From: Ranitomeya imitator
Lineage: Eukaryota
Length of the DNA stretch: 64,000 nt
Direction of reading: 5' to 3'
NCBI RefSeq assembly: GCF_032444005.1
Contig: NC_091291.1
Location: 4,216,001-4,280,000, forward strand
Shown in pieces: positions 1-11,425 of the stretch. The notes beneath the pieces were generated by a model. That model was not told where the DNA came from. It saw only the letters and a list, made by a program, of their open reading frames with translations, and did not search any database. How positions within the stretch are numbered: the stretch's first letter is position 1; the number at the start of each line of letters is the position of its first letter. A program made the position numbers and the translations under genes.

Positions 1-3000
1 ATGATAACAGCCTCAGTGCCCCAACACATCCACAGTGCCCCATAATAACAGCCTCAGTGCCCCAACATATCCATAGTGCCCCATAATAACAGCCTCAGTG
101 CCCCCAACATATCCACAGTGCCCCATAATAACAGCCTCAGTGCCCCAACATATCCACAGTGCCCCCATAATTTCAGCCTCAGTGCCCCAACATATCCACA
201 GTGCCCCATAATAACAGCCTCAGTGCCCCAACATATCCACAGTGCCCCCATGATAACAGCCTCAGTGCCCCAACATATCCACAGTGCCCCATAATAACAG
301 CCTCAGTGCCCCCAACATATCCACAGTGCCCCATAACAGCCTCAGTGCCCCAACATATCCACAGTGCCCCATAATAACAGCCTCAGTGCCCCCATAATAA
401 CAGCCTCAGAGCCCCCAACATATCCACAGTGCCCCCATAATAACAGCCTCAGTGCCCCCAACATATCCACAGTGCCCCCATAATAACAGCCTCAGTGCCC
501 CCAACATATCCACAGTGCCCCCATAATAACAGCCTCAGTGCCCCCAACATATCCACAGTGCCCCATAATAACAGCCTCAGTGTCCCCAACATATCCACAG
601 TGCCCCCATAATAACAGCCTCAGTGCCCCCATAATAACAGCCTCAGTGCCCCCATAATAACAGCCTCAGTGCCCCCAACATATCCGCAGTGCCCCCATAA
701 CAGCCTCAGTGCCCCCAACATATCCACAGTGCCCCATAATAACAGCCTCAGTGCCCCCAACATATCCACAGTGCCCCCATAATAACAGCCTCAGTGCCCC
801 CAACATATCCACAGTGCCCCCATAATAACAGCCTCAGTGCCCCCATAATAACAGCCTCAGTGCCCCCATAATAACAGCCTCAGTGCCCCCAACATATCCG
901 CAGTGCCCCCATAATAACAGCCTCAGTGCCCCCAACATATCCACAGTGCCCCCATAATAACAGCCTCAGTGCCCCCAACATATCCACAGTGCCCCATAAC
1001 AGCCTCAGTGCCCCCAACATATCCACAGTGCCCCATAATAACAGCCTCAGTGCCCCCAACATATCCACAGTGCCCCCATAATAACAGCCTCAGTGCCCCA
1101 ACATATCCACAGTGCCCCCATAATAACAGCCTCAGTGCCCCAACATATCCACAGTGCCCCCATGATAACAGCCTCAGTGCCCCCAACATATCCACAGTGC
1201 CCCCATAATAACAGCCTCAGTGCCCCCAACATATCCACAGTGCCCCATAATAACAGCCTCAGAGCCCCCAACATATCCACAGTGCCCCATAATAACAGCC
1301 TCAGTGCCCCCAAGATATCCACAGTGCCCCATATTAACAGCCTCAGTGCCTCCAACATATCCACAGTGCCCCCATAATAACAGCCTCAGTGCCCCCAAGA
1401 TATCCACAGTGCCCCATAATAACAGCCTCAGTGCCCCCAACATATCCACAGTGCCCCATAATAACAGCCACAGTGCCCCCAAGATATCCACAGTGCCCCA
1501 TATTAACAGCCTCAGTGCCCCCAACATATCCACAGTGCCCCATAATAACAGCCTCAGAGCCCCAACATATCCACAGTGCCCCATAATAACAGCCTCAGTG
1601 CCCCCAACATATCCACAGTGCCCCATAATAACAGCCTCAGTGCCCCCAAGATATCCACAGTGCCCCCATAATAACAGCCTCAGTGCCCCAACATATCCAC
1701 AGTGCCCCCATGATAACAGCCTCAGTGCCCCCAACATATCCACAGTGCCCCATAATAACAGCCTCAGTGCCCCCAACATATCCACAGTGCCCCATAATAA
1801 CAGCCTCAGTGCCCCCAACATATCCACAGTGCCCCATAATAACAGCCTGAGTGCCCGCAACATATCCATAGTGCCCCCATAATAACAGCCTCAGTGCACC
1901 CAACATATCCACAGTGCCCCCATAATAACAGCCTCAGTGCCCCCAACATATCCATAGTGCCCCCATAATAACAGCCTCAGTGCACCCAACATATCCACAG
2001 TGCCCCCATAACAGCCTCAGTGCCCCCAACATATCCACAGTGCCCCCATAATAACAGCCTCAGTGCCCCAACATATCCACAGTGCCCCATAATAACAGCC
2101 TCAGTGCCCCCAACATATCCACAGTGCCCCATAATAACAGCCTCAGTGCCCTCAACATATCCACAGTGCCCCATAACAGCCTCAGTGCCCCCAACATATC
2201 CACAGTGCCCCATAATAACAGCCTCAGTGCCCCCAACATATCCACAGTGCCCCATAATAACAGCCTCAGTGCCCCCAAAATATCCACAGTGCCCCCATAA
2301 TAACAGCCTCAGTGCCCCCAACATATCCACAGTGCCCCCATAATAACAGCCTCAGTGCCCCCAACATATCCACAGTGCCCCCATAATAACAGCCTCAGTG
2401 CCCCCAACATATCCACAGTGCCCCATAATAACAGCCTCAGAGCCCCCAACATATCCACAGTGCCCCATAATAACAGCCTCAGTGCCCCCAACATATCCAC
2501 AGTGCCCCATAATAACAGCCTCAGTGCCCCCAACATATCCACAGTGCCCCATAATAACAGCCTCAGTGCCCCCAACATATCCACAGTGCCCCATAATAAC
2601 AGCCTCAGTGCCCCAAACATATCCACAGTGCCCCATAATAACAGCCTGAGTGCCCGCAACATATCCATAGTGCCCCCATAATAACAGCCTCAGTGCACCC
2701 AACATATCCACAGTGCCCCCATAATAACAGCCTCAGTGCCCCCAACATATCCACAGTGCCCCCATAACAGCCTCAGTGCCCCCAACATATCCACAGTGCC
2801 CCATAATAACAGCTACAGTGCCCAAACATATCCACAGTGCCCCCATAACAGCCTCAGTGCCCCCAACATATCCACAGTGCCCCCATAATAACAGCCACAG
2901 TGCCCCAACATATCCACAGTGCCCCATAATAACAGCCTCAGTGCCCCCAACATATCCACAGTGCCCCATAATAACAGCCTCAGTGCCCCCAACATATCCA

Positions 3001-4592
3001 CAGTGCCCCATAATAACAGCCTCAGTGCCCCCAACATATCCACAGTGCCCCATAATAACAGCCTCACTGCCCCCAACATATCCACAGTGCCCCCATAATA
3101 ACAGCCTCAGTGCACCAACATATCCACAGTGCCCCCATAATAACAGCCTCAGTGCCCCCAATATATCCACAGTGCCCCCATAATAACAGCCTCAGTGCCC
3201 CCAACATATCCACAGTGCCCCCATAATAACAGCCTCAGTGCCCCCAACATATCCACAGTGCCCCCATAATAACAGCCTCAGTGCCCCCAACATATCCACA
3301 GTGCCCCATAATAACAGCCTCAGTGCCCGCAACATATCCATAGTGCCCCCATAATAACAGCCTCAGTGCACCAACATATCCACAGTGCCCCATAATAACA
3401 GCCTCAGTGCCCCCAACATATCCACAGTGCCCCATAATAACAGCCTCAGTGCCCCCAACATATCCACAGTGCCCCCATAATAACAGCCTCAGTGCCCCCA
3501 ACATATCCACAGTGCCCCCATAATAACAGCCTCAGTGCCCCAACATATCCACAGTGCCCCCATGATAACAGCCTCAGTGCCCCCAACATATCCACAGTGC
3601 CCCCATAATAACAGCCTCAGTGCCCCCAACATATCCACAGTGCCCCCATAATAACAGCCTCAGTGCCCCAACATATCCACAGTGCCCCCATAATAACAGC
3701 CTCAGTGCCCCCAACATATCCAGTGCCCAATAATAACAGCCTCAGTGCCCCAAACATATCCACAGTGCCCCCATAATAACAGCCTCAGTGCGCCCAACAT
3801 ATCCACAGTGCCCCCATAATAACAGCCCCAGTGCCCCCAACATATCCACAGTGCCCCCATAATAACAGCCTCAGTGCGCCCAACATATCCACAGTGCCCC
3901 CATAATAACAGCCCCAGTGCCCCCAACATATCCACAGTGCCCCATAATAACAGCCTCAGTGCACCAACATATCCACAGTGCCCCCATAATAACAGCCTCA
4001 GTGCCCCCAACATATCCACAGTGCCCCATAATAACAGCCTCAGTGCCCCCAACATATCCACAGTGCCCCATAACAGCCTCAGTGCCCCCAAAATATCCAC
4101 AGTGCCCCCATAATAACAGCCTCACTGCCCCAACATATCCACAGTGCCCCCATAATAACAGCCTCACTGCCCTCAACATGCCCACAGTGCCCCATAATAA
4201 CAGCCTCAGTGCCCCCAACATATCCACAGTGCCCCATAATAACAGCCTCAGTGCCCCAACATATCCACAGTGCCCCCATAATAACAGCCTCAGTGCCCCA
4301 ACATATCCACAGTGTCCCATAATAACAGCCTCAGTGCCCCAACATATCCACAGTGCCCCCATGATAACAGCCTCAGTGCCCCAACATATCCACAGTGCCC
4401 CATAATAACAGCCTCACTGCCCCCATGTCCACAGTGCCCCCATAATAACAGCCTCAGTGCCCCAACATATCCACAGTGCCCCCATAATAACAGCCTCACT
4501 GCCCCTAACATATCCACAGTGCCCCATAATAACAGCCTCAGTGTCCCCAACATATCCACAGTGCCCCATAATAACAGCCTCAGTGCCCCCAA
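1..4592. repeat. 42-43 bp minisatellite (CCCCATAATAACAGCCTCAGTGCCCCCAACATATCCACAGTGC) with a 22-bp sub-repeat; runs off the left edge
   Basis: About 100 tandem copies read directly; explains all repetitive ORFs between 54 and 4782. Confidence 0.97.
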
Positions 4593-4607
4593 CATCATCC
4601 TTAGTTA

Positions 4608-5045
4608 CATAGTTTCCTCTTTTGTTATGTATAACACCATCCCTTATTACGTACCTTCCTCTCTAGTTATATATGATGCCCCCCCTCATTATATAGCTTC
4701 CTCTGCTGTTATGCACAATGCTGTCTCTTACAGTGTATTCTTGTTATTTTTGTTATTCCCAGCACCCTCTTTTATTACATAGTCCCCTCACTTCTTAGAT
4801 ATTAAATTACGGCTGATGGAGGAGCCAGTGAACAGACTACCAGTCCATCAGCCCCTCCATTACAAAGAAGCTTTCTCATGCTCCATCACCCGTCATTACA
4901 TTATACAGCTAACAAGACAGGACGGTATGTAATAAAAAACAGGGCTCTATATAATCCAATATGTAAGGGATGGTGCTGTACACAATAAGGGAGGGCACTG
5001 TGTAATAAGGGATGGCAATATACATAATAAAGGAGACTATGTAAT
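4608..5045. mobile_element. Degenerate fold-back/MITE-like element with an internal 10-bp hairpin
   Basis: CATAGTTTCCTCTTTTGTTATGTATAACACCATCCCT (from about 4608) is an imperfect inverse of AGGGATGGCAATATACATAATAAAGGAGACTATG (about 5007-5040); GGCTGATGGA...TCCATCAGCC hairpin at about 4811-4853. Confidence 0.4.
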
Positions 5046-5055
5046 ATATACATGT

Positions 5056-5135
5056 ACAGTCGTGGTCAAAAGTATTCACACCCCTGCAATTCTGTCAGAT
5101 AATACTCAGTTTCTTCCTGAAATGATTGTGTGAAG
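5056..5135 (+). mobile_element. Left-end fragment of a Tc1-like transposon
   Basis: TA-CAGTCGTGGTCAAAAGTATTCACACCCC resembles Tc1 TIR starts (CAGT..AAAAGTATT); no partner end found. Confidence 0.4.
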
Positions 5136-5210
5136 TAACACAATAAAGGAACATTTTGATTGAACTTGTTTGGGTCACTGCGTACGGTGCTACTGCTGCC
5201 TCACAATATA

Positions 5211-6625
5211 CACTGCTCAAAAAAATAAAGGGAACACAAACAGCAGAATATAACTCCAAGTAAATCAAACTTCTGTGAAATCAAACTGTCCACTTAGGAA
5301 GCCACACTGATTGACAATCAATTATTGGCAATTATCAAGACCCCCTCAATAAAGGAGTGGTTCTGCAGGTGGGGACCACAGACCTCATCTCAGCACCAAT
5401 GCTTTCTGGCTGATGTTTTGGTCACTTTTGAATGTTGGTTGTGCTTTCACACTCGTGGTAGCATGAGACGGACGCTACAACCCACACAAGTGGCTCAGAT
5501 AGTGCAGCTCATCCAGGATGGCACATCAATGCGAGCTGTGGCAAGAAGGTTTGCTGTGTCTGTCAGCGTAGTGTCCAGAGGCTGGAGGCGCTACCAGGAG
5601 ACAGGCCAGTACACCAGGAGACGTGGAGGGGGTCGTAGGAGGGCAACAACCCAGCAGCAGGACCGCTACCTCAGCCTATGTGCAAGGAGGAGCACTGTCA
5701 GAGCCCTGCAAAATGACCTCCAGCAGGCCACAAATGTGTCTGTGCAAACGGTTAGAAACCGACTCCATGAGGATGGTCTGAGTGCCCGACGTCCACAGAT
5801 GGGGGTTGTGCTCACAGCCCAACACCGTGCAGGACGCTTGGCATTTGCCACAGAACACCAGGATTGGTAAATTCACCACTGGCGCCCTGTGCTCTTCACA
5901 GATGAAAGCAGGTTCACACTGAGCACATGTGACAAACGTGACAGAGTCTGGAGACGCCGTGGAGAGCGAGTTAGTAATGGTGTGGGGTGGCATTTCTTTG
6001 GGGGCCGCACAGCCCTCCATGCGCTCGCCAGAGGCAGCCTGACTGTCATTAGGTACCGAGATGAGATCCTCAGACCCCTTGTGAGACCATATGCTGGTGC
6101 GGTTGGCCCTGGGTTCCTCCTAATGCAGGACAATGCCAGACCTCATGTGGCTGGAGTGTGTCAGCAGTTCCTGCAAGATGAAGGCATTGAAGCTATGGAC
6201 TGGCCGCCCGTTCCCCACACCTGAATCCGATGGAGCACATCTGGGACCTCATGTCTCGCTCCATCCACCGTCACATTGCACCACAGACTGTCCAGGAGTT
6301 GGCGGATGCTTTAGTCCAGGTCTGGGAGGAGATCCCTCAGGAGACCATCCGCCGCCTCATCAGGAGCATGCCCAGGCGTTGTAGGGAGGTCATACAGGCA
6401 CGTGGAGGCCACACACACTACTGAGCATCATTTCCTTGTCTTGAGGCATTTCCACTGAAGTTGGATCAGCCTGTAACTTCATTTTCCACTTTGATTTTGA
6501 GCATCATTAGGTTTTATTGTTCTCAACACATTCCACTATGTAATGAATATTTACACCTGGAATATTTCATTCAGTGATATTCAGGATGTGGGATTTTAGT
6601 GTTCCCTTTATTTTTTTGAGCAGTG
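5211..6625 (+). mobile_element. Tc1/mariner DNA transposon, near full length, inactive
   Basis: TIRs CACTGCTCAAAAAAATAAAGGGAACAC (5211) and GTGTTCCCTTTATTTTTTTGAGCAGTG (ends 6625); TA on the left, TG on the right; transposase remnant inside. Confidence 0.93.
5463..6424 (+). pseudogene. Tc1 transposase pseudogene (HTH plus DD34E)
   Basis: [23 protein letters not shown]; catalytic motifs LFTDESRF, QDNARPH and EHIWD; premature TAA at 5868-5870 and frameshifts split it over three ORFs. Confidence 0.9.
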
Positions 6626-6629
6626 TGTG

Positions 6630-6722
6630 TAAAGGGGAAATGGCACAGCAGACTTCCAAAAAAGTGATGTTTATTGCCCAAACGGCGTGGCGACGTTTCG
6701 GATACAATCCTTTGTGAAGCAA
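6630..6722 (-). mobile_element. Penelope-like pLTR fragment with a degenerate hammerhead core
   Basis: Minus strand reads CTTCACAAA-GGAT-TGT-ATCC-GAAACGTC followed by AATAAACATCACTTTTTTGG; stem II and GAAAC-GUC intact, CUGANGA decayed. Confidence 0.5.
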
Positions 6723-6954
6723 TGAATATTATCAAAGTGCAGGTACATATGGGTGCTCAATTCAGTACATCAATTAGTTACAAAATATTAAAAAGTATAT
6801 AATGTATACAGAAAATATACAAAGTGCTCAGTGCGAAGTGACCATTCATAAAATATCATTATTACAATGACATAGCTCAGATATTGTGCACAATACAAGG
6901 AAATAGCAGAAATAAAGGAGGGGCCCAGACACATCTCCTGCACAGGGGCCCCAA

Positions 6955-9900
6955 GCTCGATCAGATGATTGTCTGCAGCGGTGACTGTAGGATGGGTCTG
7001 TTACCGCTGTGTCCACCCCTGGATCAGATGATTGTCTGCAGCGGTGACTGTAGGATGGGTCTGGTACCGCTGTGTCCGCCCCTGGATCAGATGATTGTCT
7101 GCAACGGTGACTGTAGGATGGGTCTGCTCTGTTACCGCTGTGTCCACCCCTGGATCAGATGATTGTCTGCAGCGGTGACTGTAGGATGGGTCTGTTACCG
7201 CTGTGTCCACCCCTGGATCAGATGATTGTCTGCAGCGGTGACTGTAGGATGGGCCTGGTCTGTTTACCGCTGTGTCCGCCCCTGGATCAGATGATTGTCT
7301 GCGGCGGTGACTGTAGGATGGGTCAGGTACCGTGTCCGACCCTGGATCAGATGATTGTCTGCAGCGGTGGCTGTGGGATGGGTCTGGTCTGTTACCGCTG
7401 TGTCCGCCCCTGGATTAGATGATTGTCTGCAGCGGTGACTGTAGGATGGGTCTGGTCTGTTACCGCTGTGTCCGCCCCTGGATCAGATGATTGTCTGCAG
7501 CGGTGACTGTAGGATGGGTCAGGTACCACTGTGTCCGCCCCTGGATCAGATGATTGTCTGCAGCAGTGGCTGTGGGATGGGTCTGGTCTGTTACCGCTGT
7601 GTCCGCCCCTGGATTAGATGATTGTCTGCAGCGGTGACTGTAGGATGAGTCTGGTCTGTTACCGCTGTGTCCGCCCCTGGATCAGATGATTGTCTGCAGC
7701 GGTGACTGTAGGATGAGTCTGGTCTGTTACCGCTGTGTCCACCCCTGGATCAGATGATTGTCTGCAGCGGTGACTGTAGGATGGCTCTGTGTTTCTGCAC
7801 CTGGATCAGATGATTGTCTGCAGCGGTGACTGTAGGATGGTTCCGTGTTTCTGCACCTGGATCAGATGATTGTCTGCAGCGGTGACTGTAGGATGGGTCT
7901 GGTCTGTTTCCGCCCCTGGATCAGATGATTGTCTGCAGCGGTGACTGTAGGATGGGTCTGGTCTGTTACCGCTGTGTCCGCCCCTGGATCAGATGATTGT
8001 CTGCAGCGGTGACTGTAGGATGGGTCTGGTCTGTTATCGCTGTGTCTGCCCCTGGATCAGATGATTGTCTGCAGCGGTGACTGTAGGATGGGTCTGGTCT
8101 GTTATCGCTGTGTCTGCCCCTGGATCAGATGATTGTCTGCAGCGGTGACTGTAGGATGGGTCTGGTCTGTTATCGCTGTGTCTGCCCCTGGATCAGATGA
8201 TTGTCTGCAGCGGTGACTGTAGGATGACTCTGGTCTGTTACAGCTGTGTCCGCCCCTGGATCAGATGATTGTCTGCAGCCGTGACTGTAGGATGGCTCTG
8301 GTCTGTTACCGCTGTGTCCACCCCTGGATCAAATGATTGTCTGTAGCGGTGACTGTAGGATGGCTCTGTGTTTCTGCACCTGGATCAGATGATTGTCTGC
8401 AGCGGTGACTGTAGGATGGCTCTGTTTCTGCACCTGGATCAGATGATTGTCTGCAGCGGTAACTGTAGGATGGGTCTGGTCTGTTTCCGCCCCTGGATCA
8501 GATGATTGTCTGCAGCGGTGACTGTAGGATGGGTCTGGTCTGTTACCGCTGTGTCCGCCCCTGGATCAGATGATTGTCTGCAGCGGTGACTGTAGGATGG
8601 GTCTGGTCTGGTCTGTTATCGCTGTGTCTGCCCCTGGATCAGATGATTGTCTGCAGCGGTGACTGTAGGATGGGTCTGGTCTGTTACCGCTGTGTCCGCC
8701 CCTGGATCAGATGATTGTCTGCAGCGGTGACTGTAGGATGACTCTGGTCTGTTACAGCTGTGTCTGCCCCTGGATCAGATGATTGTCTGCAGCGGTGACT
8801 GTAGGATGGCTCTGGTCTGTTATCGCTGTGTCTGCCCCTGGATCAGATGATTGTCTGCAGCGGTGACTGTAGGATGGGTCTGGTCTGTTATCGCTGTGTC
8901 TGCCCCTGGATCAGATGATTGTCTGCAGCGGTGACTGTAGGATGACTCTGGTCTGTTACAGCTGTGTAAGCCCCTGGATCAGATGATTGTCTGCAGCGGT
9001 GACTGTAGGATGGCTCTGGTCTGTGTCCACCCCTGGATCAGATGATTGTCTGCAGCGGTGACTGTAGGATGGGTCTGGTCTGTTACCGCTGTGTCCGCCC
9101 CTGGATTAGATGATTGTCTGCAGCGGTGACTGTAGGATGAGTCTGGTCTGTTACCGCTGTGTCCGCCCCTGGATCAGATGATTGTCTGCAGCGGTGACTG
9201 TAGGATGGCTCTGTGTTTCTGCACCTGGATCAGATGATGGTCTGCAGCGGTGACTGTAGGATGGCTCTGTGTTTCTGCACCTGGATCAGATGATTGTCTG
9301 CAGCGGTGACTGTAGGATGGGTCTGGTCTGTTACCGCTGTGTCCGCCCCTGGATCAGATGATTGTCTGCAGCGGTGACTGTAGGATGGGTCTGGTCTGGT
9401 CTGTTATCGCTGTGTCTGCCCCTGGATCAGATGATTGTCTGCAGCGGTGACTGTAGGATGACTCTGGTCTGTTACAGCTGTGTCTGCCCCTGGATCAGAT
9501 GATTGTCTGCAGCGGTGACTGTAGGATGAGTCTGGTCTGTTACCGCTGTGTAAGCCCCTGGATCAGATGATTGTCTGCAGCGGTGACTGTAGGATGGCTC
9601 TGGTCTGTGTCCACCCCTGGATCAGATGATTGTCTGCAGCGGTGACTGTAGGATGGCTCTGGTCTGTGTCCACCCCTGGATCAGATGATTGTCTGCAGCG
9701 GTGACTGTAGGATGGGTCTGGTCTGGTCTGTTATCGCTGTGTCTGCCCCTGGATCAGATGATTGTCTGCAGCGGTGACTGTAGGATGGCTCTGTGTTTCT
9801 GCACCTGGATCAGATGATGGTCTGCAGCGGTGACTGTAGGATGGCTCTGTGTTTCTGCACCTGGATCAGATGATTGTCTGCAGCGGTGACTGTAGGATGG

Positions 9901-10643
9901 GTCTGGTCTGTTACCGCTGTGTCCGCCCCTGGATCAGATGATTGTCTGCAGCGGTGACTGTAGGATGGGTCTGGTCTGGTCTGTTATCGCTGTGTCTGCC
10001 CCTGGATCAGATGATTGTCTGCAGCGGTGACTGTAGGATGACTCTGGTCTGTTACAGCTGTGTCTGCCCCTGGATCAGATGATTGTCTGCAGCGGTGACT
10101 GTAGGATGAGTCTGGTCTGTTACCGCTGTGTAAGCCCCTGGATCAGATGATTGTCTGCAGCGGTGACTGTAGGATGGCTCTGGTCTGTGTCCACCCCTGG
10201 ATCAGATGATTGTCTGCAGCGGTGACTGTAGGATGGCTCTGGTCTGTGTCCACCCCTGGATCAGATGATTGTCTGCAGCGGTGACTGTAGGATGGCTCTG
10301 GTCTGTGTCCACCCCTGGATCAGATGATTGTCTGCAGCGGTGACTGTAGGATGGGTCTGGTCTGGTCTGTTATCGCTGTGTCTGCCCCTGGATCAGATGA
10401 TTGTCTGCAGCGGTGACTGTAGGATGAGTCTGGTCTGTTACAGCTGTGTAAGCCCCTGGATCAGATGATTGTCTGCAGCGGTGACTGTAGGATGAGTCTG
10501 GTCTGTTACCGCTGTGTAAGCCCCTGGATCAGATGATTGTCTGCAGCGGTGACTGTAGGATGGCTCTGGTCTGTGTCCACCCCTGGATCAGATGATTGTC
10601 TGCAGCGGTGACTGTAGGATGGCTCTGTGTTTCTGCACCTGGA
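6955..10643. repeat. About 68-bp minisatellite (CCTGGATCAGATGATTGTCTGCAGCGGTGACTGTAGGATGGGTCTGGTCTGTTACCGCTGTGTCCGCC) with shorter variants
   Basis: Period 68 measured at 7921/7989; constant 40-bp core with a variable tail; 580-bp higher-order duplication (variant CAGATGATGG at 9231 and 9811). Confidence 0.96.
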
Positions 10644-10739
10644 TACCATCATGTATCGCAGCAGTGATCGGAGAATCCCAGGAAACACAATCAGCACAAA
10701 CCTTCATAAACCGCCCAGATAAATGGTGGAAAATCACGG

Positions 10740-11179
10740 CTTGGTGGGACCGCTGCAGAAAGCAATAACCGGAGCCATCACCGGAGCCGGGACCCCGGCC
10801 GCCCATCACCGGAGCCATCACCGGAGCCGCCTGCAGGTGTCGGGGTCAGCCGTGGACAGAGCGGCGCTGACTGACAGCACAAGGGAGAAAAATAGACTTT
10901 GCTGCTCTTAACAACCAATCAGAGCTCAGCTTTTGAACTGCCCCGGTAACATGACACCTGCATTGTGATTGGACACTTCTCAGCTCTACCGCTGGGGTGT
11001 ACCAATATGGCGTCGGGCCGGTTTCCAGAGCTAGGTGACGAAGGAGGTGTGGTTGTCTGTCACGTGTTATACGCCGGGGCGGGTGCCCGTGTAATGACAA
11101 GGGTGCGCGCGATCACGTTTGGCGCGTGCGCTGTAAAGCCCGGCGCTTGGCCTGGTTTCCGGTGGCGGCTGAGCGGAAG
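10740..11179. promoter_or_regulatory. CpG-rich housekeeping promoter of SZRD1, possibly bidirectional
   Basis: CCAAT at about 10914 (+), ATTGG at about 10967 (-) and CCAAT at about 11002; YY1-like AATATGGCG about 11004; E-box GTCACGTG about 11060; GC box GGGGCGGG about 11075. Confidence 0.65.
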
Positions 11180-11230
11180 ATGGAAGAAGATGAGGTCGCG
11201 GAGAGCTGGGAGGAAGCGGCCGACAGCGGG
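11180..11230 (+). CDS. SZRD1: SUZ RNA-binding domain protein 1, exon 1 (MEEDEVAESWEEAADSG)
   Basis: Recognisable SZRD1 N-terminus; GTGAGC donor; the four exons (51+50+255+103 nt) splice to a 152-aa ORF. Confidence 0.95.
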
Positions 11231-11425
11231 GTGAGCGGGGAGCGGGCAGAGGGGTGCGCGGAGCTGTGTGACGGGAGGAGGCGGGCCTGGTGCCGCGGGT
11301 GGAGCCTGAGCATCAGTGGCTGTGCGGAGCGGCCCCTCCGGTGTGACTGTGTGCTGCCCGGAGCCGGGTGTGACAGCCCCAATGTCACCGGGAGGCTCAG
11401 CCCACAGGGGACAGAACGGGGACAG

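Noticed and set aside
6955-10643. CRISPR-like array
   Set aside because: The variable parts are related, recurrent variants rather than unique spacers; no cas genes; vertebrate context. The same applies to all other arrays
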